64,000 nt of DNA from Candidatus Latescibacterota bacterium (GTDB taxonomy: Bacteria > Latescibacterota > UBA2968 > GCA-2709665). The notes under the pieces were generated by a model. It had not been told where the DNA came from, did not search any database, and saw nothing but the letters and a program-made list of their open reading frames with translations. The stretch is from contig OZ242180.1 of the NCBI GenBank assembly GCA_965205485.1, positions 4,864,001 through 4,928,000 of the forward strand. The letters run 5' to 3'. Within the stretch, counting starts at the first letter, position 1, and the number at the start of each line of letters is the position of its first letter. The translations under genes were made by a program, and so were the position numbers. This document shows positions 29,182 to 39,110 of the stretch, piece after piece.

Positions 29182-30051
29182 ATGGCGAAACGCAGGGTTG
29201 TCGTCACCGGCGCGGCCGGGTATATCGCCGGACGGAGTCTGCCGGTCCTCAGAGAGCGCTATGATCTCTGCCTGCTGGACGTGCGAGAGACGGACAGAAA
29301 CGGCAATGAGGTGGAGGACATCGTCCGGACCGACCTTCTCGACCGGGACCGGAATGCGTATCGGGAGCATTTTTCGGACACGGACGCGGTGATACACTGC
29401 GGTTTCACCCGTGCCAACGCGCCCGAGGACCAGTTCCGGGCGGAATCCGACAACATCGCCATGGCCTATAACGTCTACCAGACCTGTCTGGAAGCAAACG
29501 TCCGCAGGGTGGTCGTCATCAGCTCCAATCACGCCACCGACTTCTACGAGACGCTCATCTGGTCCGGCCGCATGGAATTCGTGACACCGGACATGCGCCC
29601 GCTTTCCGACAACTTCTACGGCTGGGCGAAGGCCTCGTACGAACTGCTGGGGTTCGCGTTTGCGGCGGGCAAGGTCGGAAACGGCAGGAAGCTTCAGAAC
29701 ATCCAGCTGCGGATCGGCGGTCCCCGAGACACCGTGGCCGATAATCTCAGGACGGACAACCTGAAAGGCATGCACCGCAGCCTCGGGGCGTATCTGAGCG
29801 CACGCGACCAGACCCAGCTTCTCATCAAGAGCATCGAGACCGAAAACATCGAAGACGAGAACGGCATCCCCTTTCAGATCTTCTACGGCATCAGCGGAAA
29901 CAGCCACAATTTCTGGAGTATCGCCAACGCCCGCAAGCTCATCGGCTACGAACCGGAAGACAACAGCCTGATCCGGTTTGCCGACAGGATCGCACCCGTT
30001 CTTGCTGCCGCGAAGCGGGACAAGGAAAGGGGCGTAAACGCCGACCAGTAA
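29182..30051 (+). CDS. NAD-dependent epimerase/dehydratase (uronate dehydrogenase-like)
   Basis: VVTGAAGYIA, ISSNHA, YGWAK, LRIG, FYGISGN; start trimmed to ATG 29182. Confidence 0.82.
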   Translation: MAKRRVVVTGAAGYIAGRSLPVLRERYDLCLLDVRETDRNGNEVEDIVRTDLLDRDRNAYREHFSDTDAVIHCGFTRANAPEDQFRAESDNIAMAYNVYQTCLEANVRRVVVISSNHATDFYETLIWSGRMEFVTPDMRPLSDNFYGWAKASYELLGFAFAAGKVGNGRKLQNIQLRIGGPRDTVADNLRTDNLKGMHRSLGAYLSARDQTQLLIKSIETENIEDENGIPFQIFYGISGNSHNFWSIANARKLIGYEPEDNSLIRFADRIAPVLAAAKRDKERGVNADQ

Positions 30052-30175
30052 GCCGCTCGGGTCTCCGTGTCGATCCGCGTGACAGGGAAGACCCCCGCGC
30101 ATGGCCCGGAAACCGATCCGGACATCCGGAAACCCGGATACGCGGGGTCGACGGGTTCCTTGAAAGGTCAATCGC

Positions 30176-31300
30176 ATGAAGATCACCCGCCTTGAAACCA
30201 TCCCTGTTGCACAACGGTTCCTTGTGCTGAAGATGCACACCGACGAGGGCGTCGTCGGCTATGGCGAACCCCTGGACTATACGCACTGGCGAATTGTCGC
30301 GCGGGCTGTCGACGACCTGGCCGAATACCTCATCGGCAAGAACCCGCTCCAGATCGAAGACCACTGGCAGACCTTCTTTCGTTCCACTTACAGCCGCAGC
30401 ATGCCGATCATCATTGGCGCGCTCAGTGGCGTGGACATGGCCATGTGGGACATCATGGGCAAGGTCCTGGATGTTCCCGTCTGGAGACTTCTCGGGGGCT
30501 CGGTCCGGGACCGGGTCCGGGTCTACGCCCACGCCGGGGGGAACACGCCGGAGTCCTGCGCGGAACAAGCACGCAAGCGGGTCGCAGACGGGTTCACGGC
30601 CATCAAGATGGGCGGCGCCGTCACGCCCGTCCGTTTCGTGGATACGGCACGAGCGGTCGACGAGATGGTCGCCCGGGTGGCCGCCGTCCGGGAGGCCGTT
30701 GGCGACGACGTGGACATTGCGGTCGATCTACACCGCCGCCTGAGCCCGCAGATGGCCGTTATCACCGTCAAGGCGCTCGAACCCTATCATCTGCTCTTTG
30801 CGGAAGAACCCTGCCATCCCGAAAACAACGACGCCCTGCTGACCCTCTCCCGATCCACGCCCACACCCATCGCAACCGGCGAACGCCACCTCACCCGATG
30901 GAGTTTCTGGGACATCGTGGAAAAGCAGGCCTGCGCGGTTCTGCAGCCGGATATCCGGCACGTCGGCGGCATCTCCGAAATGAAGAAAATCGCCATACTG
31001 GCGGAAATCAGGGACATTGCCATTGCGCCGCACAACGCCGCCGGACCCATCGGCGTTTCCGCGTCCATCCATACCATGGCCACGGTCCCCAATTTTCTCA
31101 TCTGCGAGGGCGGCACGACCCGGGGTGAAGGTCTTCTGACGCCGCCGCTCACGTTCAACAATGGCCATATCGAGCTTCCCGCGGGGCCGGGTCTCGGATT
31201 CGAGATTGACGACGACGCCCTCGATGCCATGCGGGACGAACGCTTTCGCTTCCGCGGCATGTGGCGCTCGGAAGAAGACGGGTCCTTCGCGGACTATTAG
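30176..31300 (+). CDS. dgoD: Galactonate dehydratase-like enolase-superfamily enzyme
   Basis: MKITRLET, LSGVDMAMWDIMGK, VDLHRR, EEP, ATGER, LQPD, APHN, WRSEEDGSFADY. Confidence 0.75.
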   Translation: MKITRLETIPVAQRFLVLKMHTDEGVVGYGEPLDYTHWRIVARAVDDLAEYLIGKNPLQIEDHWQTFFRSTYSRSMPIIIGALSGVDMAMWDIMGKVLDVPVWRLLGGSVRDRVRVYAHAGGNTPESCAEQARKRVADGFTAIKMGGAVTPVRFVDTARAVDEMVARVAAVREAVGDDVDIAVDLHRRLSPQMAVITVKALEPYHLLFAEEPCHPENNDALLTLSRSTPTPIATGERHLTRWSFWDIVEKQACAVLQPDIRHVGGISEMKKIAILAEIRDIAIAPHNAAGPIGVSASIHTMATVPNFLICEGGTTRGEGLLTPPLTFNNGHIELPAGPGLGFEIDDDALDAMRDERFRFRGMWRSEEDGSFADY

Positions 31301-31340
31301 CAAATAACGCAACCGAAAACGCACGCCAACGGACTCCGAC

Positions 31341-32606
31341 GTGTCAAAGACAGCCGACCCATACCGCTCGCGAAATCGATGGCTTGCCGTGCTCGCACTG
31401 TCCATTTCGTCTTTGCATGCGGCTGACGTTTCGGGCAATACGGATGACCGGACCGCGCGGGCCGACCGGAGCCCGCTATCCATTCGCCAGGAGTTCAACG
31501 CGGTCTCGGCGCAGATCGACAGTCTGATTCGCGTGATGAGCGCCGAAGACCCGGGAGCCATCGACAGGAAACGCCTGCCCGGAAACGCAGACGTCCTGCG
31601 TCTCCCGAAAGGGACCTCGGTTGTCTGCATCTTCTGGGCCGATGACGAGGCACGCGTGTGGCTCAATGACTTTCCCGTGGGCGAAACCCGCCTCACGCCC
31701 GTGGAAGTCGAGGTCCCGCACCTCTACCTGAGGAGCAGGAATCGGATCCGCGCCCGGTGCTGGGACACCGACCACGTGGAAAGCGGATTCCTCTTCGGTC
31801 TCTATCTGAAGCAGTCAAACGGCGCGCTGCACCCGATTCTGGTTTCCGACGAAAGCTGGCAGACCGAAAAAGGCCCAGCCGTTGAAATCACCTATGCGCA
31901 TCCCGTTCCCGACATCCCGTCTGCCCGTGTTATCTGGCATTCCATGATCTTCGGCCGGGCGGAATTCTCGAAGGGATTCACCCGGAGGGAAATCGAAAAC
32001 GCCCTGTCGAAACCGTCGCGTGCGCATGCGCCACGGACCCGGCAGAAACGCATGGACTACCACGGTTTTCTGCAGAATCTGGTTTCCCTGCAGGCAACAC
32101 GCGCCAGACTCAAGCGCCTGCTTCTGGATACAACGGATCCCGACGTTCAGACCGCTTATACAGGCCATCGGAATCCTGAAGTCAGCTTCACCCTGGGCAA
32201 GGCAGGTCCGCTCAAGGAAGAGACGTCGCTCACCTTCGCGAAGGAAGTCGAATCGTGGGCGCAGAAGCTGGCCGAGACGGAAAAGCGGCTCGTCTATCCC
32301 GAACGGCGGACGCTGAAGGGAGAAGACGCCGCCATCGAGGCCTCGAGACCATCGGCGCTCGGCACCAGGAGCGACGACCGGCGGGACGCCTACCGCCCAC
32401 CCGACGAACGGTCGACCGGTGAACAGACGGCTTCGCGAAGAAGCGGCAGGGAGGGCGAATCCGCCGCAGCGGAATCCAGCAGTCGCGGAGGATCCGGGGG
32501 GAGCGGCGGGCGCGGGTCGCGTGCGGGACTGCTGTTTCCCAGCATCATCCTCGCTGCCTATATCTGGTACGTCGTTTCCAAAGGAACGGATGGACTGCGA
32601 ATCTGA
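31341..32606 (+). CDS. Hypothetical exported protein with lectin/jelly-roll-like domain and C-terminal TM anchor
   Basis: Signal peptide; WADDEARVWLN...N.I...GFLFGL...VSDESWQ pattern; GGSGGSGG then hydrophobic tail. Confidence 0.6.
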   Translation: MSKTADPYRSRNRWLAVLALSISSLHAADVSGNTDDRTARADRSPLSIRQEFNAVSAQIDSLIRVMSAEDPGAIDRKRLPGNADVLRLPKGTSVVCIFWADDEARVWLNDFPVGETRLTPVEVEVPHLYLRSRNRIRARCWDTDHVESGFLFGLYLKQSNGALHPILVSDESWQTEKGPAVEITYAHPVPDIPSARVIWHSMIFGRAEFSKGFTRREIENALSKPSRAHAPRTRQKRMDYHGFLQNLVSLQATRARLKRLLLDTTDPDVQTAYTGHRNPEVSFTLGKAGPLKEETSLTFAKEVESWAQKLAETEKRLVYPERRTLKGEDAAIEASRPSALGTRSDDRRDAYRPPDERSTGEQTASRRSGREGESAAAESSSRGGSGGSGGRGSRAGLLFPSIILAAYIWYVVSKGTDGLRI

Positions 32607-32630
32607 TCATTTCCAACGTGAGGACAGGTC

Positions 32631-33428
32631 GTGACGCATTTGGTCTGGTATGAGATTCTGATTGTCGTAGTCTTCGCCTCCGGGTGCGCCATGGCAGGCG
32701 CGCTTACATTGATCCAGAAGATCGTTTTAATCTGCCGGGAAGAGTTGCGGTACGGGCTGCCGGAAAACCGGGCGAGACTCACGTGCGGCGTTCTGGGCGG
32801 CCTTGCGGGGTTCGGCGTCGCAGCGCTGGGCATTTACTACACCCTCTACGTTGCCCTGCCGGAAAGCTGGATCGAGTGGGTGGGCCGCTCTGCGTACGCG
32901 CTCATCCTGGCCGCCTCGACCGCGCACCTTTCCGTCATTGTCCACGTATGGAGACGGATTCGCGTCGAAGAGGAGGCCCTGAGTTCGGCGTCATCCGCCT
33001 CAGGGGCGCCCACCCTGCTTGCGCGCCGGCAGGCCGGCCTGCGAGACCTCAGGACCGAAACGGAGGCATTCACGGATCTGAAAGCCAGGGACGACGAACT
33101 GATCACAGACCTGATCGGGGTGATCGGCGAGCGGCTTCTGTCCGGGCATCGCGCTCTGAGCCGCATCCCCTTCTACGGCTATCTGGGCACGGTATGCGGT
33201 ATCCTGCTCATGGCGCAGGAACTGGGCCGGCTGGACGAAGCCACCGAGACGTTCAAAGTGCTCCGCGATATGGCCGATGGATTGACGCTGGCCTTCAAGA
33301 CCACGCTGATTGCCCTGCTGGCCTACCTGCCGTTGAGAAAGTGCGTCGACATTCTGATTGGACGGGTCGGCGCCCTCGAACGGGCGTGGCTGGCAATGAG
33401 AGACGACCAGGGGAGCGAATCAAGTTGA
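32631..33428 (+). CDS. MotA/TolQ/ExbB proton channel family protein
   Basis: IPFYGYLGTVCGILL...GLTLAFKTTLIALL. Confidence 0.8.
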   Translation: MTHLVWYEILIVVVFASGCAMAGALTLIQKIVLICREELRYGLPENRARLTCGVLGGLAGFGVAALGIYYTLYVALPESWIEWVGRSAYALILAASTAHLSVIVHVWRRIRVEEEALSSASSASGAPTLLARRQAGLRDLRTETEAFTDLKARDDELITDLIGVIGERLLSGHRALSRIPFYGYLGTVCGILLMAQELGRLDEATETFKVLRDMADGLTLAFKTTLIALLAYLPLRKCVDILIGRVGALERAWLAMRDDQGSESS

Positions 33429-33439
33429 GAAGCCGATTC

Positions 33440-33847
33440 ATGCAGCGCGCCGCCACGCAGGCGGAAGAACACGACGTCAGCAAGGAACTGTTCCTTGGAA
33501 TCATGATGCTCATGCTCACGCTGGGCATTATGATCCTGAACGTCGCGCAACCGGTCTGGCGGGTACATCACCACGACCCGCGGTCCGAGGACCTGGTCCT
33601 CATCTACACGGCAAAGGGCGCCGGGCTTTCGAGCGACGGAAAATCCGTAGACCGTCTCCTGCAGACGGGGGAGTTCGAACGCCTCACCGCCGGGCTTATC
33701 GCCCAGCCCGACCGCAATCTCCACCTCTTCCTCCGCGGCGGCAGCCGGGACTTCATGGTTAGACACGCCGCCTACGCAGATTCTCTCCTCTCCACGGCAC
33801 CGACGGGCAAGAAAGTGCGGCCCGCGGTTTTCGTACATATGTGGTAG
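33440..33847 (+). CDS. ExbD/MotB-like single-TM partner protein
   Basis: DVSKELFLGIMMLMLTLGIMIL N-terminal TM with acidic residue, directly after ExbB-like gene. Confidence 0.55.
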   Translation: MQRAATQAEEHDVSKELFLGIMMLMLTLGIMILNVAQPVWRVHHHDPRSEDLVLIYTAKGAGLSSDGKSVDRLLQTGEFERLTAGLIAQPDRNLHLFLRGGSRDFMVRHAAYADSLLSTAPTGKKVRPAVFVHMW

Positions 33848-33880
33848 GCTGCAGCCGCCTCATCGTCGACATCACTGAAT

Positions 33881-33915
33881 AAAAAAAACCGGCCGCGTCT
33901 ATGTACGGCCGGTTT
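33881..33915. terminator. Intrinsic terminator between convergent units
   Basis: A-run, AAACCGGCCG...CGGCCGGTTT. Confidence 0.7.
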
Positions 33916-33938
33916 GGGACTGGCTGCGTACGCTTCGC

Positions 33939-34805
33939 CTATTTTTTCTTTAACACCGCCAGCACGCGCTGCCCTATCAGCGTTGAGTCCCAGAAGGTGA
34001 CCATCGTCTGCCCCGCGGGCCCCTTGCTGGCCCGGTATTCCCTTCGTTTGCTCAACTTGCCGTGCCGGTCGCACAATGCCGCCAGTTCGCCCGGAACCGC
34101 GATGGTTTCACCGATAGACGCCCTCTTGATGGTATCCCGGCTCTGCTCATCGGTAACGTCCGGAAAGCCGACGAGTTTGTAGTTCTTCCTGATCGTGATC
34201 CCCCGTGACGTTTTCAGATAGCCTGCCTCTTTCAGTGCGTCTTCGGTGCCGACGTAGACCAGCACGGACGTTGCGGTTTCCTGCATGGTCTGCGCCTGTT
34301 CGACGGCCTCCTTCAGGCTGGACTCCAACCTGATCAGCCGGGTTGTCTTGTCGTGCAGCAGCTTGTTCAGCGTGTCGACCTCGATCTTCAACGTCCTGAC
34401 GGCCGCGGTCGCCTGGTCCTTCTCGCCTCTCAATTGTTTGAGTTCCGCAACCAGCCTTTCGTTCATCGCCTGTTGTTTCCTGTACAGCGCCTGATACTCC
34501 CTCATCTCGCTCGTAACCCTGTGCAGCGATGTCAGGAGCTTCCGGTTGGACACTCTCGCGCTGTCTACATGGGCGCGCATGGCATCGATTCGCGAGTCCA
34601 TTTCATCCACCAGCGCGTTCAACGAATCGATCTGGCCCGTATAGAGCTCGATATCGCTCTCCAGTTGCGCGACCTGCGGGTCGACTTCAGGAACGGTATC
34701 GGGCTTCCAGACCGTCAACAACAGAACAACCAGCAATGCAGCCAGAAAGCCGACGACGATAACGATACGTTTCCTGTCGCCGGACGGATCGGGTCCTTTG
34801 TTCAC
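33939..34805 (-). CDS. Membrane-anchored coiled-coil protein with C-terminal globular domain
   Basis: N-terminal TM, long heptad region, YVGTEDALKEAGYL motif reminiscent of Bacteroidota Cbp1-like proteins; GGAGG SD. Confidence 0.7.
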   Translation of the reverse strand: MNKGPDPSGDRKRIVIVVGFLAALLVVLLLTVWKPDTVPEVDPQVAQLESDIELYTGQIDSLNALVDEMDSRIDAMRAHVDSARVSNRKLLTSLHRVTSEMREYQALYRKQQAMNERLVAELKQLRGEKDQATAAVRTLKIEVDTLNKLLHDKTTRLIRLESSLKEAVEQAQTMQETATSVLVYVGTEDALKEAGYLKTSRGITIRKNYKLVGFPDVTDEQSRDTIKRASIGETIAVPGELAALCDRHGKLSKRREYRASKGPAGQTMVTFWDSTLIGQRVLAVLKKK

Positions 34806-34921
34806 GAGCCACCTCCGAATAAAGCGGATTCACGCCGGGTGAACCGAGGTTAATTGTCAGGCTGGATATTGCATCAGGTACCTGAACACCCGGAACGGGG
34901 TGTTTCCTGCCCGCGTTCAGG

Positions 34922-35707
34922 CTACGGCTTCCGGGGTCGTTTCATCACTTTGCCATAGATGGAGTCCACGGCGGACTGCAGGGTGTCAGCCGCCCTGCCC
35001 TGAATGATCATCGCGTCGATGAGTTCATTCTGCGCCGTTGCCGCGTTCTTCAGCGCTAGCCGAGCGCGCTGCTCCGCGCGTTGCAGGGATGTGCGCAACC
35101 GAGCTATTTCTTTCTCCTGCCTGCCGGCGCGCGCCTCCACGCCCGCGAGATTCTCGCGCGTACGGGCGAGACCTTCGAATGTCTTCTTACGGCGGGCCTC
35201 CTCCAGTGCGAGGCGCGTCTGCAAATCCCGTCTCAGCGCGCGTTCCGTATTCAGACTGTCTGAATAGGCGCCGCGGGCGTTCTCTTCTTCCTTCAGCTCC
35301 GCCTGCGTCTGCGCAAGCCGGGCGCGCATTTCCTTGAGATCGGCTTTTGTGCGCGCATGGCGCGACCGCTCGTCCTGCAGGTCTGCCCGCACTTCCCATT
35401 CCGACTTGGTCAGGTCCACCTTTTCCAGCGTCCGGTCCAGCAGTTTCGCGCCTTGCTCGTCCAGCTTCTCACGAAAGGTATCCACCGTCCGGTCCAGCCG
35501 TTCGCGCGTGTCTTTCATCGCCGCGTCCTGCTGCCGGAGGGCCGTCTGAATCACCAGGAAGACCATCAGACCCGATACGACGCTCACGTAGCCGCCAAAG
35601 CCCAGCAGGTGCTTCTGCGACAGCGGTTTCACCCAATGGATGAGCGCGAAGACCCCGCCCCATATCAAGATCAGGGCGCCAAGTATCGCGAGGAGTATGA
35701 TCTGCAC
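34922..35707 (-). CDS. Two-TM coiled-coil hypothetical protein
   Basis: Two hydrophobic helices then about 200 aa coiled coil; start uncertain (35707 GTG or 35812 ATG). Confidence 0.65.
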   Translation of the reverse strand: MQIILLAILGALILIWGGVFALIHWVKPLSQKHLLGFGGYVSVVSGLMVFLVIQTALRQQDAAMKDTRERLDRTVDTFREKLDEQGAKLLDRTLEKVDLTKSEWEVRADLQDERSRHARTKADLKEMRARLAQTQAELKEEENARGAYSDSLNTERALRRDLQTRLALEEARRKKTFEGLARTRENLAGVEARAGRQEKEIARLRTSLQRAEQRARLALKNAATAQNELIDAMIIQGRAADTLQSAVDSIYGKVMKRPRKP

Positions 35708-36042
35708 GGGAAGACGGCCTCGAGAAACCGGATTAAGAAGCTGTTTTAAAATTCCCGGTGAGTCCCGAGCGCGCGCGAAAATGTGTCGGTCAAGGCGGGC
35801 AAATTCGCCCATATACTAATGTATCGTGGCTGCGCGCCCCTCGCCACTCTTGGGTGGATTTGACCAACGCAGACCGACGCTTTTGCAGCCGCGCGAAGAC
35901 CGCTGGGGGGTTTTAAGACAGCTTCTAAGGGGTACGAATGAATATAAGTTGAAGCATTTGCTCGATTTCGTCAAGAGCAAACGTCCGGAAATCCGCGGAG
36001 CCGGACGAAACGAACGGACATTTCAGTGCAATCGTCCGCAAG

Positions 36043-36078
36043 AAAAAAGACGGGACACGGCGATGCCGCGACCCGTCT
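36043..36078 (-). terminator. Terminator after sigma factor gene
   Basis: Minus strand AGACGGG...CCCGTCT followed by T-run. Confidence 0.7.
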
Positions 36079-36130
36079 CAATGCACATTGGTTCCAGTTG
36101 TCTTTCTCCGGGGGCTTCCTCGATGCCACG

Positions 36131-36985
36131 CTACAGATACACTTCCAAACGCTTCCTTACCGACGGCTGCCTCAGCCTTCCGAAGGCGTCCTCCTTCAAT
36201 TGCCTCACCCGTTCCCGGCTGATACCCAGCCGGCGTCCGATCTCCTGGTAGGTCGTGGGTTCCTCGCCGTGCATGCCGAAATAGAGCACAATGACCTTTC
36301 TGTGACGTTCCGAAAGCGCTTCCAGCGTCTCCATAACGGCGCGGGACCGGCATTCCTCGACGAGCGCCTCTTCCGCCGACACGACCTGCCGGTCCGGAAG
36401 CGTCTCCTCAAAACTGAGGCCGGCGTCCGTACCAACGGAATCGAGTGACACGGCGCTTGCGCCACCGTCCAGGCAGCGGTCGAGCCTCTTGACGGGCAAA
36501 CCGGAACAGGCGGCGATTTCCTCCGGCGCGGGGCTTCGATCCAGGCGCTGCATCAGACGATCTTCGGTCTTTCGCATTCGGCCGATGTCGTTCAAAACGC
36601 TGGCGGGCACACGGACGGTTCGGGTCTGGACGTCCAGCGCCTTCAGAATGTGCTGCCGGATCCACCAGACCGCGTATGTAATGAACCTGCATCCCCTGCT
36701 CCGGTCGAATTTCCTGGCAGCGCTAAACAGCCCGCAATTGCCCTCGTTGATGAGATCTCCCAGCGGCAGGCCCTGGTTCTGGTATCCTCTGGCGATGTGA
36801 ATGACAAAACGAAGATTCGCATTCACGAGCGCCGCAATTGCGGATTCATCCCCCGCTTCCGCCCTGGCCGCGAGGGCCCGTTCTTCGGCCGGATCGATCC
36901 GCGGATGTCGATCGACCTCCTTGTAGTAGTATTTCAGCGATCTGTCTTCAAACGTGGCACGACCTTCATGCATTCCGGCAATCAT
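36131..36985 (-). CDS. Alternative sigma70 factor, RpoD/SigA-like lacking region 1.1
   Basis: LVNANLRFVIHIARGYQNQGLPLGDLINEGN, RFITYAVWWIRQ, TYQEIGRRLGISRERVRQ; GGAGG SD. Confidence 0.93.
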   Translation of the reverse strand: MIAGMHEGRATFEDRSLKYYYKEVDRHPRIDPAEERALAARAEAGDESAIAALVNANLRFVIHIARGYQNQGLPLGDLINEGNCGLFSAARKFDRSRGCRFITYAVWWIRQHILKALDVQTRTVRVPASVLNDIGRMRKTEDRLMQRLDRSPAPEEIAACSGLPVKRLDRCLDGGASAVSLDSVGTDAGLSFEETLPDRQVVSAEEALVEECRSRAVMETLEALSERHRKVIVLYFGMHGEEPTTYQEIGRRLGISRERVRQLKEDAFGRLRQPSVRKRLEVYL

Positions 36986-37072
36986 CGCTCAACCTCCGTG
37001 AACTGAAGGTACCCAACCGATTGAGAATTGTTGACGCACCCTGGAAAATTGCAGTGTCCTCCAGTACACGGA

Positions 37073-37101
37073 AATATACTGAACATATGTTCAGTATTCA
37101 A
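37073..37101 (-). promoter_or_regulatory. Promoter of sigma gene with embedded 22-bp palindromic (SOS-box-like) operator
   Basis: TTGAAT-N17-TATATT; ATACTGAACATATGTTCAGTAT at 37076-37097 fills the spacer. Confidence 0.8.
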
Positions 37102-37218
37102 GTAGAAACTTCTTGTCCCGGTAATTTTTTTTTAATACTTTTCGTCCTCTGAACCGCAGGGAAGCCCCTGCATTCCTGGCCGAGCTTTTTTATTGTCGTG
37201 TTTACCGGGAGAGTTGCA

Positions 37219-38238
37219 ATGAATAAAATACGAGTCGGACTGGTCCGCTGCGACATGCACGGGATGTATTACGGCGCGCTGATGGCCGAACACGCGCCGC
37301 TGCGGCTCCAGAGCCCCATGGAAGACAGCGCCGGCGCGCCATACTCGTGGATGAGCGGCGGGGCCCACTTTTATTTTTACACGTTCTACAGCGACCCCAC
37401 CCGCATGACCGTACCGGGTCTGCACGAATTCGAAATCGCCCGCGTCTGGGACGAACATCCCGGTGTCGGGGACGTCTTTGCACGAGTCTTCACCTCCAGA
37501 CCGCGGGTTTGCGATCAATTCCACGAAGTCTCTGACGACGTGGACCTGGTTCTGGTGGCAGACTGCAATTACGACGGCGCCGACCACCTGGAACTTGCAA
37601 GGCCCAGCCTGGAAAAAGGAGTGCCCACCTTCATCGACAAGCCGCTTGCGAACAATCTGGACAATGCGAACGCCATCGTCAGCCTGGCCAGGAATCACAA
37701 TGCCCCTCTGCTTTCGCGTTCTATTCTGAATACGCTCCCTCAGGCCAAGCAATTCGCCGCCCGCTTTCCGGAAGTCGGCAACCTGGAGTTCGTCTCCATC
37801 CGGGGGGGAGGCTCCTCCCTCGCGGGCCAGATCCATGCCATCTGCCTGGCGCAGAGCTTCTTCGGACCCGGCGTGCGCGCCGTGGAATCCATGGGGGAAA
37901 ACACCGGCGGCTTCATGCACCTCGTCTACCCGGACGAACCCCGCTTTCCCCGATGCGGCGCCATGCTCAGCTGCGACACCGGCGAAACCTACCACTGCGC
38001 GTTCTACGCCAGCGCTTACGGGAACATGGGCGACATTCACTCGGCCCCCCTTGGCGACTATGTTTTCCCGTACGGCGCGTACGAGAACATCAAACTGATG
38101 AAAACGATGGTCGAATCCCGACAGGCCCCGGTTCCCTACCCTGAAATACTGGAAAGCGTCGCGGTTTCCACCGCTGCTGCCAAAGCGCACAATACCGGAA
38201 GGCGGATCTCGCTGCGGGACGTCGGATACGAACCCTGA
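37219..38238 (+). CDS. Gfo/Idh/MocA-like oxidoreductase
   Basis: IRVGLV, DVDLVLV, HLELARPSLEKGVPTFIDKPLA. Confidence 0.78.
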   Translation: MNKIRVGLVRCDMHGMYYGALMAEHAPLRLQSPMEDSAGAPYSWMSGGAHFYFYTFYSDPTRMTVPGLHEFEIARVWDEHPGVGDVFARVFTSRPRVCDQFHEVSDDVDLVLVADCNYDGADHLELARPSLEKGVPTFIDKPLANNLDNANAIVSLARNHNAPLLSRSILNTLPQAKQFAARFPEVGNLEFVSIRGGGSSLAGQIHAICLAQSFFGPGVRAVESMGENTGGFMHLVYPDEPRFPRCGAMLSCDTGETYHCAFYASAYGNMGDIHSAPLGDYVFPYGAYENIKLMKTMVESRQAPVPYPEILESVAVSTAAAKAHNTGRRISLRDVGYEP

Positions 38239-38244
38239 CACAAG

Positions 38245-38280
38245 ACACGAGGGGCGCAACGTCAGTTGCGCCCCTCGTGT
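38245..38280. terminator. 16-bp perfect hairpin between convergent genes
   Basis: ACACGAGGGGCGCAAC-GTCA-GTTGCGCCCCTCGTGT. Confidence 0.65.
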
Positions 38281-38307
38281 GCTGACCGCGCCCCGGTCGC
38301 CCGCCGC

Positions 38308-39081
38308 TCAGATTTTCACAATAAAGCGGGTCAGGTCCTTTGCCCGATCCGAAAGAGAATCGTACATGGACCGGGGCAGGGGGTGTTCCTTCCTGAGCCA
38401 AACGAACCACGGCGCCGAATATCCCACGCTCGTCATCGCACGAATCTCATCCGACCGGTTGGCCGTGCCCCCGTGCCAGCAACGGATGTCGCGAATAACC
38501 GCCCCGCCGGCCGGTCCGCATACGATCGACCGCTTCATCCAGTCCGGCTCCTCCTCCAGCCCGGGCGCCGGGTCCCGATTGCGGTGGGTGCCGGGCACAA
38601 ACCGCGTCGCGCCATTGATCTCCGTAAAATCCACCATGGGGAAATTCACCACGATGACCGGGGTCGGCAGGTCGAATACATTCACCCGCCCCTGGGGGTC
38701 GCGGAGCATATCCGTGATATCCGCGTGCAGTTTCTGAATCCTTGCGCCGGGCAGCGAATAATCTCCTCCGGCGCCCCAGCAATGGAAGTCACGGCTCGTC
38801 CAGATCGCTTCCAGGACCGGTAAAACCGTCTGCAAATCAATCAGTTGGGCCCACTCCGGGTGGTGGATCTGCTGTCCGAAGGAATAGCGCGCGTACCCGC
38901 GATTCGCATCCTCCAATGGAATGGCGGCCGTCTGCTGCGCGACCACGCGGTCCGCCCCCGACCGCGCATAGGCAAGCTGCTCTGCTGTCAATGCGTTTCG
39001 CATCACGACAAGCCCGTCCCGATGGAATATCCGCGCCGCCTTCTCCACTTCCGACGGTTCCACTAACTCGACGTCCATCAT
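38308..39081 (-). CDS. PhyH family dioxygenase
   Basis: FHRDGLVV, QKLHAD, NGATRFVPGTH, WHGGTANRS. Confidence 0.9.
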   Translation of the reverse strand: MMDVELVEPSEVEKAARIFHRDGLVVMRNALTAEQLAYARSGADRVVAQQTAAIPLEDANRGYARYSFGQQIHHPEWAQLIDLQTVLPVLEAIWTSRDFHCWGAGGDYSLPGARIQKLHADITDMLRDPQGRVNVFDLPTPVIVVNFPMVDFTEINGATRFVPGTHRNRDPAPGLEEEPDWMKRSIVCGPAGGAVIRDIRCWHGGTANRSDEIRAMTSVGYSAPWFVWLRKEHPLPRSMYDSLSDRAKDLTRFIVKI

Positions 39082-39110
39082 GTGTTCGCCCCTTCGATTG
39101 GTTTGGGGAT

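Noticed and set aside
28438..30240. 600-aa minus-strand ORF
   Set aside because: Shadow across PhyH, epimerase and dgoD-like genes that have clear motifs on the plus strand
32631..33847. Zorya anti-phage system
   Set aside because: No long ZorA tail, no OmpA domain on the partner, no helicase or nuclease effectors adjacent
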